The position numbers and the translations under genes were made by a program. Under the pieces are notes generated by a model. The model saw only the letters and a list, made by a program, of their open reading frames with translations, was not told where the DNA came from and did not search any database. A stretch of 62,732 nt of DNA, counting the filler, from Fonticula-like sp. SCN 57-25 (Eukaryota), in assembly GCA_001724245.1 (NCBI GenBank). It is 6 parts of 6 records of this genome, joined end to end, with 100 filler letters (N's around TTAATTAATTAA, not from the genome) between each part and the next. Parts side by side here need not be neighbours in the genome. Positions count along the whole stretch, not along the records: positions 9,747 to 19,353 come from MEDX01000254.1; positions 19,454 to 29,055 come from MEDX01000255.1; 4 more parts are not named here. One strand, 5' to 3'. The first letter of the stretch is position 1; every line of letters begins with the position of its first letter. This document shows positions 9,747-21,378 of this stretch, one piece after another.

Positions 9747-10496
9747 TTAAAGTCGGCAAACTCCTTCTTGGCGTCCTTGAGGGCCTGCTGCAGCGCCTGC
9801 ACGTTGGCGGCCTCCTTGGCCTTGTGCTGGCGCAAAACATCCACTTCGTCCTGAAGGCGCTCCATCAATTTCAGCTTTTCGCGGTCCTCCGCGCGCTTAT
9901 CAAGTATGTTAGATGTGTCGATCGCGATGGCCGGGCAGGCGGCGTACCTTTCCCTCGAGGATGCGGATCTTTGCGACCTGCGCATTGTATTCAGACTCTG
10001 AGAACATGCGAGTCGTCGCCGGCGTCGCAGTCATCGAGATCGATTCAGGGGCGCCTTTAGTAACAAAAAAAAGTCAGAATTAATGTCGCGCAAACAAAAG
10101 AAACGTACTTGGCGCCTTCGCGGGCGTCTGAGGAACAACAACCGCAGGCGCCGCCTCAACAGGCTTCACATCGGCCTCCTTCACAGGAGCCGGTGGCGGT
10201 ACCTCGGCCTGCACCGGAGCAGGAGCTGGTGCAGGCGCCGCGGGCTGATCGACCGGCGCGGCGGGCGCGGGCTCCTCCAGCTTCTTCACAGCGCCAGGGC
10301 GCAGAAAGATGCCGTGCGATGGCTTGCATGTAAAGTACGACTTTCCCTTGACGGATCCGTCGTTTTTGCCGAGCGGTTCGTCCAGCTCAATACCCACCCA
10401 AACACCGGCGGCAAAGTCGCCGGTGCCATAGAACCGCACGGTTCCGTGGTTGTCCTGCGCTTCGACGCGGTCGCCGACCTTGAACTCGGCCGCCAT
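9747..10496 (-). CDS. DCTN1: Dynactin p150Glued, N-terminal part (3'-truncated)
   Basis: CAP-Gly domain (GVWVGIELDEPLGKNDGSV), then after two introns the coiled coil KIRILEGK|RAEDREKLK. Confidence 0.88.
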
Positions 10497-10573
10497 CGCG
10501 CCGTTCCGTTTGTTGGGCACTAAAAATCTGGGGTGGAATCAGACCCTGCTCAACACTTTGGAGGTGCGCTGGG

Positions 10574-12632
10574 ATGGCGCGACCAGGGGAGCTGGTTGAG
10601 CGCCCTGCCGCGTTTGAGAACCGCAATGGTGTTCTCATTACGGCGGCCTCTGAGCTGTGGTGGGGTCCGTCGGCCACAGAGGTAGAGTTTAGGATACCGT
10701 ACTCTACCATCAAAGGTGCTTTCTTGGCCTCGGTGTCGATGCGATGCTGACGTTACCCGCCACTCGTATCTAGGCCAGTCCACGAACAAGGAGCGGCCAA
10801 ACATCCCGTTTCGCCCGCAGCTTCAGCTTCGCCTGCATGACCGCAACGCTTCTGGTGTTGTTTTGCCGCAGAATGTGACCGATACGGTTTTGTTTTCGTT
10901 TTCTGCGACGGATCTCGCGCAGAGCAAGGCGGACCGTGAGGCCATTGTGATTTCGCTGCGCCGCGTGGTGCGCCTCCTCTGCTGCTGCACCGCGCAATGA
11001 GCTGACTTTTTTCCTGTATGATAGATTAACAGGCCTGCAGGCGCGAGTGCTCCCAGCACGCCGCTGCCGGGCGGATCCCTACAGAGCAGCAATGTCGCGT
11101 CGCCATCGCAGCCGACTGCCCTCCCCGAAGTGTACAAGATCCGCAAGCAGATCCTGGCTGCGAACGAAGAGGTGAAGCAGGCGCACAAGTCGCTTGTTAT
11201 GGGCGAGCATCTCACTGAAGAAGAATTCTGGGCGTTTCGCAAGGATCTGATTGTTGAGGAGCAGATGCGGCAGGAGCGTTCCCTCCCCAGCGCGATGATC
11301 GCCGACGTGCGCGCCAACAAGGCTAATTATGAGATTTCGCCGTCCGTCATCCACTCCATATTTGTGCAGTACCCTGGAGTCAAGCGCGCCTTTCAAGATT
11401 ACGTGCCCGACCGCATGACCGAGGAGGCCTTCTGGCTAAAGTTTTTTCAAAGCCAGTTCTTTCACCGGGACCGCACCAAGCAGACCTACATGGCGGCGAC
11501 TGAAAAGGACATGTTTGACGAGTACGACCAGCAGTATCAAGAAGAAGGTACGATGTTGTTCTTTATTCGCTTTTCGCCGCTTACTTTTGTGATCTGCAGA
11601 GTCTGCGCGCAAGCGACTTCGCGTGAACCCCGACCTCCTGGTTGACCTGGCCGCCTCCGAGGAGGACCACATTGCCGGCTACGGTAACCGCCCCGATGTC
11701 ACCATGCGCGGCGGCCACACGGCCAACAGCATGGTGATTGCGAGCCGCCTGCACCGCCACGCGAGCGTCGCGCTGCACGGCGAGAGCGGCGAACCGCAGA
11801 CCGAGTCGCCCGAAGACCAGGCGCAGGAGCTCGAGCGCGCAACGTACATTGACGACCTGAACCGCGTGTCGCTCCCCGAGCCGGTGCCGCTCAACATCCC
11901 GCACCACGCGCAGTACCTCAACTCGACGCGCGCAGACAGGGAGCAAGAGCAGACAGCGGAGCCGGCGGACCCGCTCTTCCTCGCCAAGCAGCTCAAGTCG
12001 TACACGGGACGGCCGTTGCTGGTGAGTTTTTTTTTGTTGGTTCTGCATTTGTGCTAACACGGCGATTGCAGACGAGCCTGGCACCTGAGTGGAGCGCAAA
12101 GCTGAAATCGCAGCTGTCGAGCGCGCTCGTGATGAAGCACCAGCGCGCCGCCATTGCGCAGGCACCCGTCTCGGCGGCCATCCTCAAGCAGCTCACCTCG
12201 TATGCCGGGACGTGCACGCAGCTTCTGCGCCACTTTTGGGCCTGCTTTCGCCAGGCAGACCTCGCTTCCAAAGGTGCGCCGTTCTGTATTGGCTTTCCGC
12301 GTGTGTGCTAAACTTTTTGCAGAGTCACGAATGATCAGCTCGTTAAAGGCTATTAAGGACTCGGTCGTGGCGTTTAGCAAGACGGTGGAAGACTCTCGCA
12401 GCGGGGCGCCCGAGGCTGTGCAGGAAGCTGTCGATGTACGCGGGAGTTTTATTTGCGTTTTTGCTCATGTATCGCCCCTTAGTGCATTGCCAGTATTGTC
12501 GTCATGATTGACGTGGCGGTGTCATCGTACGACGAGGATGTCAAGCGGCGGGCGACGGCGGGCCGCGGGAGACTTGGGACGCCTGGCACGCCGCGGGCAA
12601 TGTCGCCCGCTCCAAGGAGCCCCGCGCCATAA
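10574..12632 (+). CDS. GTF2H1: TFIIH subunit p62/Tfb1 (multi-exon)
   Basis: N-terminal PH-like domain, BSD motifs (LTEEEFW; IFVQYPGVKRAFQDYVPDRMTEEAFWLKFFQS) and C-terminal LLRHFW. Confidence 0.9.
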
Positions 12633-12820
12633 AAATCACCCATGTTGTAAATTCAGCAGCACCATGTTTATTGTAATTTGTGTATTCATTGAATATTTAT
12701 CATGCATCGTAAATAAAAAACTGAATGTATAAGTCGCTGTATAGATAATTATGAAGGACGGCTTTTGTTGGGTAAATCGCGTCGATGTGTCAGACAGCAT
12801 GCCAGTTTGCAGTTTGCGCG

Positions 12821-14091
12821 ATGGATCGTGACAGGGAGGCTGCGGCCGCCGCGGCATTTGCGAGGCTGCATCGCGCCGACAAGGAGCTCGGCGAGACTAT
12901 TTCAAAGCTGCAAGAGTTTCCTCGGCGTCTCACGGTTCCCCACAAGGTATGGCTTTTGTGCCTGTGCAATTTAAAAGTACTAAACGATTCCAGGTAAATG
13001 TTGGTCCTCTGGCGTTCTTTGAGGGCGAGCTGCAGCACACGAACGAAGTGCTTGTGCTTCTCGGCGACAATTACTTTGCCAAAATGACCGCTCCGCGCGC
13101 AGCTGAGCTTCTTAGCGAGCGGAGAACTGCATTGAGATCACGTCTGGGGCCCGACGCGATTGCCGTTCTCGATGCACCCGCCTCTAAGGATGCCGCCGCC
13201 ACCCCGAAGGATCCCGTTGCCACGCCCGCTGCATCCACGACAAAAAGCAAGGCCGCCGAGCCAAAGGCCGCCGCTGTTGCCGAACCAAAGGCCGCTGACG
13301 CAAAGGCCGCTTCTGCCGCTGAGAATGTCAACACAGTTGCCAAGACTGTCACTGTTCATGCCAAGAATGCGGCGGCCGAGACCGCCAAGCCTGCGAGCGC
13401 GCCTGCGTCCTCTTCTACCGCAAATGCCACCGGAAGCCGCGGCGGCGTTATTACAATTATGGAAGAGTACGATTCTTCAGACAAGTTTGTGGGCGCGTCG
13501 ACAATGTCGTCGAACCAGCTTAAGGAGGCCCTCGGCGGCGGCGACGACGGCAAGTCGAACGACATCGAAGAGGAGCTGGTGGACGAGAGCATGTTTGAGG
13601 TAAAGCCGCGCCCGGCGGACGAGCTCGACCGGCTCATCGAGCGGCTTCGCGAGCTCGAGGCCCTCGAGAAGAGCGAGCAGCAGCGGCTAGAAGTACGCCT
13701 TTTGCTTGATGTTATTTTTTTTCTTACATGATCATTACAGGAGAACCCCGTGTCCAACCCCGCCGACGTGTTTTCGCTCATGAACTCTACCGCAAGCACC
13801 AATGAGGAGCCGGCGGCGCCCAAGGCAAAGTCCGTCCGGTTTTCAGAGGATACGAAAGCGCCATCAATGGACACCGCCCCCGCTCGCGAAGTGCCCTTGC
13901 GGCCGGCGGCGACGCTGACGGCCGTTCGTGATGTTATTGTCGAGCAGAGCACCGTACGTTATAATTTGGTACTGTATACATTATGTGCTTACCATGCGTG
14001 TTTTTAGCAGCAGGAATTTGAGCCGACGGCGCCCACTGCCCCGCCAGCAAAGGTGTCGCGATTCAAGGCGGCGCGCATGGGCATGCAGTAA
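12821..14091 (+). CDS. URI1: Unconventional prefoldin RPB5 interactor (URI1/Bud27)
   Basis: GPLAFFEGELQHTNEVLVLLGDNYF prefoldin motif and a C-terminal KVSRFKAAR box. Confidence 0.9.
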
Positions 14092-14197
14092 CCCTTTTTG
14101 TCATCATTCGTAATAGTGTATTGTACAGCATCAGAAATTTTAACATGGTTATACAACAGATTTACACGAATCGTCAAAAATGATACAAGAATGTACA

Positions 14198-17100
14198 CTA
14201 AAAATCGTATCGCAGCTCGCTTTCATCCGCAATCTCCGCATCCGCCGCCGCCTCTCCCTCGCCCAGCAGCTCAACCAGCCGATAATACGCGCCCTGCTCG
14301 TCACCCTCTTCCTCATGTACATTGCCCGGCGGCGGTGGCGGCGGGCTAGCTGCCCTCACCGCCATGCTGCGCATCGTCTCGTAAAAGTCCGCCGCCGACT
14401 CTGCCTCGAGGTGCGCCTTGATGCGCTGATACAGCACCGGGCAGTCGACCGACACGCACGATATCTCTGGCGAGGGGTCGCCCAGGCAGCTCTGGCAGAC
14501 TCGCGCTGCGTCAGCCACGTGGCGCTCGGCGTCGCGGAGCCGCGTGGTCGCCGCGAGAAGCGCCGCCGTCGGGTTTGCCTTGCAGTCGTCACACAAGTCT
14601 GCGGCAAAAGATTAGAATCAGCGCAAATGATAAAGTAAATAACAAGAAAAAGGTGACAAGAAACGTCAATGCGGACAAAGCGTACATGTATTTTGAGTGA
14701 TGCTGCTGCAGAGTGGGCAGCTCTGAGTGCGGTAAAACTGATCGATCGTGGCGCGCTCTGCGTTCCCGCGCCGCACGCCACGCGGCACATACGGCTCGCG
14801 CAGCGCGCGGAACACGCGCGGCATCTCGGCGTACCACGCGTGGACGTCGGCGCCGACAAGGTTCAGGTGCCGCGCCAGGGCGGGGATCAGCTGCTTGGTG
14901 ATATAATAGACACCGTTTAGACGCAGATTCCGGCTGCAGGCACACAATTAGATATGAAAAGCGCGGCACAAAAGGAAATGCGCACTTTAGGAGCAGGTCT
15001 TCGGGCGGGCGGACCATGTCCATGAGGCGACCGCCTGGCGTTCCGTGCACGACAACATACGGAACGCGCTCGCCATATCTAATCCCGCGCGTTAGCTGGC
15101 TTGAAACATCAAGTATAATGCGTACCGCGGCTCGGCTCGCGGATCGCGGTTCATTTTCTGAGCGGCAACGATGGCAGCAGGCGGCGGCGGTCCGCGGTCC
15201 CTATTGTTTTCCTTAGCACAAATGACAAAAGGCGTCGAAATGGGACGTACGAGTATGTGCCGAGGCGGACTTCCTTGGCAAAGATAAAGTCTTGTACAGA
15301 GACGCGGTCGCTGAGAATCTTGAGCCACTGTCGCTGGACATATGTCTTGACGGCCGAGAGGTCCTTTGTGTTGAACAGGATAGAGAGCGACTTTTCGACC
15401 ATCTTTACGACAGCAGGGCAGCCGTCGCGCCGCACTGTTTCCGTCCCCTTTGCCTCATAAATCGGCTCCTTTTGCGTCGGGGACTCGTACTTGAAGCCGA
15501 CATAGCGCTTCTTGGTCATGAGGATGCACGGGTGGTACACCTTTTCAAAGCGGAGCTTCATCGGCTTGGGGTTCATGTCGGTGATCTTGGCGGCAATCGC
15601 ATTGCCCATCTTGAAGGCCTCTTCGCGCGACGCATTCGGCATAAGAACAAACAAACTGTGCAAGTGTCAGAAAGGGACAAGAAAGCACACAAAAGCAGAT
15701 AAATATGAGCAAAAATAGTTAATGGCTGTCAAAACGTACCTGTCTGTGTCGCCGTACACGACGCGCGCGGGAAAATTCTCTTCAATGGTGCGCACGGCCT
15801 ATACCTTATGTTAAAATAACAATAAAAACCTCAAACTTTGACGCGTACGCGCTCCAAAGTCGTGCGTCCGGTATTAACGATGCTATCCGCCACCTCGACG
15901 CACGGCATTCTTCCCGAAAAAGACGCCGCCGTGTACCCGTACGTAACGTTGGCAATGAACTTTAAGCCAAGCTGCCGCGCCTCCATCATGCGCTCGAGCG
16001 CCTTGTTGCCCTTGTTCTGCTTCATAGTCTTTTTCACCATCACGCGCGTGTCAAGCACTTCTTGTACGAGGCGCGGCAGGACGCCCTTGCGCACATCTGG
16101 CTTTACAAACATTACACCATTCGGCGAAACTGTAAAATAACTCGTTCAGCTTGCAAAACAAATATAAAGACTGCGCACCTGTGATGTGTTCCTCCATTGA
16201 GCCGAGCGCCCCCGGCGGGATAGCGAGCGAGCTGACGCCGAGCTTCTTCCCTTCTGCAGGCGTCGGCGCCACGCGACCGAGGCACGTCGAGTAGCAGTAG
16301 TTGTACGCAATCATGATGGACGGGTAAAGCGACTGAAAGTCGAGCACGGCAACAGGGCTGTCGTACATCTTTGACTCTGGCTCCATAACGAGCGGGATGC
16401 ACTCGGGCGCCGCCATCTCGGCGACCTGCCGGCGCGTCGGGGAGAGCGCAAGCATGTTTTGGGCGCGCGTGATGCGCAGCAGCATCGACTCGACCTTGTA
16501 TTGCGAGCCGTGCGATATGATGGAAAAGAAGTCGATGCCAAATACTCGAGCAAACTCGCTGAAAAACAGTGTCAGAAACGCGCATTTGAGCAAAGTAAAA
16601 GTGCGTACCTTGTCCTCCCGACAACGTCGAGTGCGTCCATGATCTCGAGCACCTTTTGTACGCGGTCGAGAAGGTAGCTGACAGTGCGCCCGCGGGTGAG
16701 CCTGCCCGACGTGTAGTAACGCGTGAGCATCTCGTGCGGAATCATCGGCGTCCTTTAAAACAACAGTCAGAAAGACCAATAAAGAAGCATTCCTGGTGCG
16801 CACCGCTGGCATAAGACATGAAAAACAACGTTTTCGAAAGAGTAGATTGTCAGCGCCAGCTCTGATCGAATAATTCGCCACAAATTGAGCACGATGCGAC
16901 CCGTCAAGTTGATGCCCGACGTGTGCCGCGCATTGTACCCCGTCGGGTCGTCCTCGATACCGTCCTCGACAGACCCCTTTTCGCGCGACCTCGCCAGCAG
17001 CAGTCCGAGGTCAAGCGAGTGGGCCTTTTGCGCGCGCTCGAGCATGTACCCATACGATGTGGTCTGCAGCTGAAATCCAACGAGAATGTCGGGGTCGCAT

Positions 17101-19353
17101 GAGCGGACCAGCTCGGCAAATCGGTGAAACAGCGCCAGCTCATCAGCAACAATATCAACGTCAAAACCTGTTGCGCATAGGGTCAGAATATGAAAGAATA
17201 TCGTTATGAGCGCGCACCGCCAACACCGATGGCGGCCATCGGGTTCTCGCCGTCCGCGCCGACCGCAATGCAGCCGAGGTGGTAGTTTGGCTTCCTGCTG
17301 AGCAGCTGCTTGCTTGTCTTGTGGTCGTCCTGCAGGCAGTACATCACCGCTGACACCGCGTCATGCTGCGGGTCGGGCAAAAGGCTCCCTCGAGTGTTCA
17401 CTGGCGCGCACGTCAGCCTCTTTTTGTAAATTAAAGTGAAAGTGTACCATGAACGTCGGCAGAGAGAATCCTGAGGTACGTCGCTCGATAGGGCTGATCC
17501 TGCTTACCGCGCTGAAACTTTACGCCGTGCTTGTTGGCCGGCGCCATCCCTTCTATCTGCGACGCCATGGCCTTGATGTCAGACGCAATATGCTGTGCCC
17601 ATTGTAAGTCGAAAGAATAGACTTTTATGTGCGTACCAGGGGCGTCGCCGAGCTCGCGCCGTGAGAGGCGCTTGCTTTCTGATTGGCAGGCGTGACGGGC
17701 GACCGCGCCGGGACGTGCAGCCCGAGTGGCGCCGCAGGCTGGCCGCTTCCGACGGCGCTCAGTGGTGTTCCCTGCTCCTGTGACTCCTTTTCAGGTCGCG
17801 GCTCCTCTTGCTTGACGTTCTCTCGCCGCACTCGGCCCGCCCGATGCTCCACTTGGCGGCGCGTCGGTGCAGGGCGGCCGTACCGGACGACGAGCATGCG
17901 CGGCGCCTCGCCCTTTGGCCCCGCCCTGGCGCGCATGATCTCGAGGGGCGTGACTGCGGTGCGCGGGATCGACGACTCGAACGCGCGCGGCGCCGACGAC
18001 GGCAGGTCAAACATGCGGCCGGACAGAACGACGGGCCGCGAAGGAACGTCGCTCGGCCTGGCAAAGTAAAGTGTCAGTGGGAGTATAACAGAGACGAGCT
18101 ACGCACTTTCCGTAGAATGGCGACGTGTAAAGTACAGAGGGCGCCATCGTGGACATGACGTGCGCGCGCGACGGCGGGCGGGCGTGAAAACGGAACGGAA
18201 ACTTGAACGGGCGCGGCAGACTTGCGGCTGCGGCCGACGAAACTGACCCTGAACCGACGAGCGACACAGCTGAACCGGCGTGCGCGCTCTGCGACTGCGG
18301 CGTCCGCTGCGGTGTCTCATCAGCAGGCACGTCAGTGCGCGGCTGCTCGTTGCTAGGGAAAGCGTGCTCGTTGCTAGGGAAAGCGTGCTCATTGCTAGGG
18401 AAAGCGTGCTCGTCGCTGGGCGGGTGATGCTCGTCGGGAGTATCGCTAACCGCAAAGGGCACCGCTGGGGACGCGTGCGGCAGTGACGGCGAGAGCGGCC
18501 GTGGTGGCCCAGGTGAGAGCGCCGCAAAGGGCTCGTCAAACGTGTCGCTCTGAACGTGCTTTGGCGACCACGAAGACGAAACTCCAAAGTGAAACGGTTC
18601 ATCTGATACGCTTTCCAGCAATTCGTCGGCGCCCCGCGACTTGTGCCGCGCGAGCAGCAGCGCCATTTCAAAGTCGCGCATGCGCGACTCTGCCGTCGGC
18701 GACAGCGGCGGCGACACATCTGTGCTGCCCTTTTTCTCCTCTCTCCGCCGACGCTTGGTAGGTCTCTGCTGCTTTGACGGCCGCCGCTGCTGCTGCTGTT
18801 CGTCGTCCGCGCCGTCCTGCTGGGCGATGCGGCCGCCCATGTCAATGACGTCATCCCCGGCGATGCCCGCGAGGAAATCGATCAAGTCGGCGTCGTCCTC
18901 ATCCTCGGACGGCGGCGCCTCGTCCTCGTCGCCGCGCGCCGCCTCGTGCTGACTGCGCAAAAGCGCCTCTTCGGCGTCCGTTTCGCGCTGCGTGTAGACA
19001 GCAAGGTGCTCGTCGACGTTGGGCTCAAAGAGCGGCCCATCGGGCTGCCGCAGCGCGATCGGCCGGAAGAGCGTGCCGGGTCGCTGCGGAGACGACGCAA
19101 GCGCCGCCGCGGCTGCCATAGCGCTCGAGTGGAACGGCGACCAAGGTATGCTCGAGCCGCGGTCCTGCGAGGCAGCTGGCAGGTACTGAGAAAGCTCTTC
19201 AGGAGGCGCATTCTGCCGCTGCTGTTGCTGCTGCTGCTGCTGTAGAATTTGTTGTTGTTGCAGTTCTTCCTGTTTTTGTTGTTGTGCGACGCTCTCTTCT
19301 TTGACGATTTCGCGCAGCCGGTCGTGCCAAAGGGCGGCCTCGGGCGGCGTCTG
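14198..19353 (-). CDS. REV3: DNA polymerase zeta catalytic subunit (multi-exon, 5'-truncated)
   Basis: PolB motifs LDFQSLYPSIMIAYNYCYSTCLG, KFIANVTYGY...SGRMPC, YGDTD and KKRYVG, plus C-terminal CysA/CysB clusters. Confidence 0.95.
18344..18427. repeat. 21-bp coding tandem repeat in REV3 (HAFPSNE x3 plus one degenerate copy)
   Basis: TGCTCRTTGCTAGGGAAAGCG occurs three times in tandem. Confidence 0.95.
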
Positions 19354-19453
19354 NNNNNNNNNNNNNNNNNNNNNNNNNNNNNNNNNNNNNNNNNNNNTTA
19401 ATTAATTAANNNNNNNNNNNNNNNNNNNNNNNNNNNNNNNNNNNNNNNNNNNN
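19354..19453. other. Artificial contig linker
   Basis: N44-TTAATTAATTAA-N44. Confidence 0.99.
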
Positions 19454-20031
19454 GCTTGGCGCGATGTCGGTGACCCCCTCTGGTGCTCGCAAGTTCGCGC
19501 GAAAATCACACGCCAAATTAGGAAATGCCATGCCTTCTTTTGGCAAGTTGCAGTCACAGCCAGCCAATGAATATGTGCTCATAGTATGATATCTGAGCTG
19601 TCAAAAAAAGGAAAGGGTAATCGAGGGATGGACGGGTCCACTTCTTCTAAAAGCTGCCTACGCTACAATTGCAGTTTATAAACAACGAACGGTAGTGAGC
19701 GAGGCAAGAATTTAGTATTATATGGAGGAAATACTATGCAGTTCGCGTTTGACATAGATAGTAACTCTCTTTTTGACGGCTGCAAGGTATTCAAAGGGCT
19801 CGTGTAAAAGGCCCACAGCCCAAGTAGGTTTGTGAATCGGCCCTTTGCATGCTTGCGCGCAAGAAACTCCTCTCTGCGAGTCCAACGGACGATATCCCTC
19901 GCTTTGGCCGTGACTGGGAGTAGGTCGTCGGGTTGGCAAGACTGGGTAGACCAATCTGGATCCCCCCAGCTTTCTTTCTGTCTGCAGACTGTCGGGCAGA
20001 CTGTGCAAGCAGAGCAAGAAAGGACACAGCC

Positions 20032-21284
20032 ATGGCGACCACAGGCAAGCACGTTCTTGTATTTGGCGGAGCCGCCGGTAGCTCGCCGAGCACGCGCGGC
20101 CGTCGCGTCACTCCCGCGGCGTCAACTCGTGGGGGTCGTCAGTACGTGCATCCATGCCCGCATCGGAAGGTGCTGACCCGCGCGTTTGAACAGGGCGTCT
20201 GCCGGCCTCGCGCGGCCACCGCCCAAGGAGAACGGCACACAGGAAGAGGAGCCTTCGGACGCCACGTGGCGGTACTCGCAGGATGCGACAACTGATCGTG
20301 AGGGCACCGCGCAGATGATGCAGGCGCTCAAGCTCAGCATGATGGCACAGGCGCCGGAGGAGCTTCCCCAGCAGCCTCCGCAAATGCCGCAGCCTCAGCA
20401 ATTCCGCGAGCCTTTCCCGAACGGGGACGGGCAACAGGGCCAGCCCCCCATGCTCCCGCCTCCGTACGCCGTTGCGTTTGCCTGCTATGAGTGCTTACCT
20501 CTGGATGCTTTCAGGTTTGCCTTTGTGCCGCCGACCTCGGCTGCGTACGTACTGCACAATAACCTGCCGTTCCGCGTGAATGTTGGTGGTCGCGTCTTTG
20601 AGATGCTCCCCTCCACCGTGAACGAGTACCCCGAGTCGCCCCTTGCTGCCCTGTTCCGTGACGAGCAGGGCACTCTGTCGGACGTCTTCTTTGATCGCGA
20701 TCCTCTCGCCTTTGAGATCGTCCTCGGGTTCATGCGCACCGGCAAGGTGTACCGCCCCGAGGCGATCAGCACCGACCTGCTGCGCGACGAGGCCATGTTC
20801 TGGGGAGTCGCGGCCGCCATGTTCCCCGACAACAACGAGCACGCGTCGTACAGGAAGGCGTTCAAGTTTTCGTTGGTGCGTGCTCGCTCGCTCGTGATGC
20901 CTGCTCCCGTCCTTACGCCTGACCCATTCGCAGACGTCGTCGAATGCGCGTTTCTCTCTGATGTTGCTGCCGCACGAGGGCCTCTCGATCAAGTCGGTCG
21001 AGGGCGACGGCATGCTGCTGCTCGATGTGCTGTCGCTCGAGCGGGAGCCCACCGTCACTGGCGCCACCGTGTACGACTCGATGCTCTCTCTCGCTGCCGG
21101 CCAGCCCGCCCTTGGCCTTGCCGTCGGCTCGCAGGTGTTCCCGGGTGGTCGCATCTATGAGCTCTACGGCAAGCCCGCCGCAGGCCGCGCCTACGGCAGC
21201 AAGGACAGCACGGCCGAGATGACCATGAGCGTTCTGTGTGACAAAGTGTACTATTTCCAGGCAGGCGACCAGGTCAGCAAGTAA
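20032..21284 (+). CDS. KCTD-type BTB/POZ domain protein (4 exons)
   Basis: VNVGGRVF...YPESPLA...FFDRDPLAFEIVLGFMRTG...LRDEAMFWG. Three GT-AG introns restore the frame. Confidence 0.85.
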
Positions 21285-21378
21285 TAGGATGATATAAAAG
21301 GCGTGTTTTTGCAAGTCATTTTCTATGTAGATTCATCTCTGCACTTTCAATACACAAATTCACAGATATTTCATGATC

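Noticed and set aside
18344-18427. Short direct repeats as a possible CRISPR array
   Set aside because: There are no spacers, and the repeat is an in-frame coding minisatellite in eukaryotic REV3.
19663-20052. 129-aa minus-strand ORF upstream of the BTB gene
   Set aside because: It has a non-ATG start, no motif and atypical codon usage, so it is probably promoter or UTR sequence.
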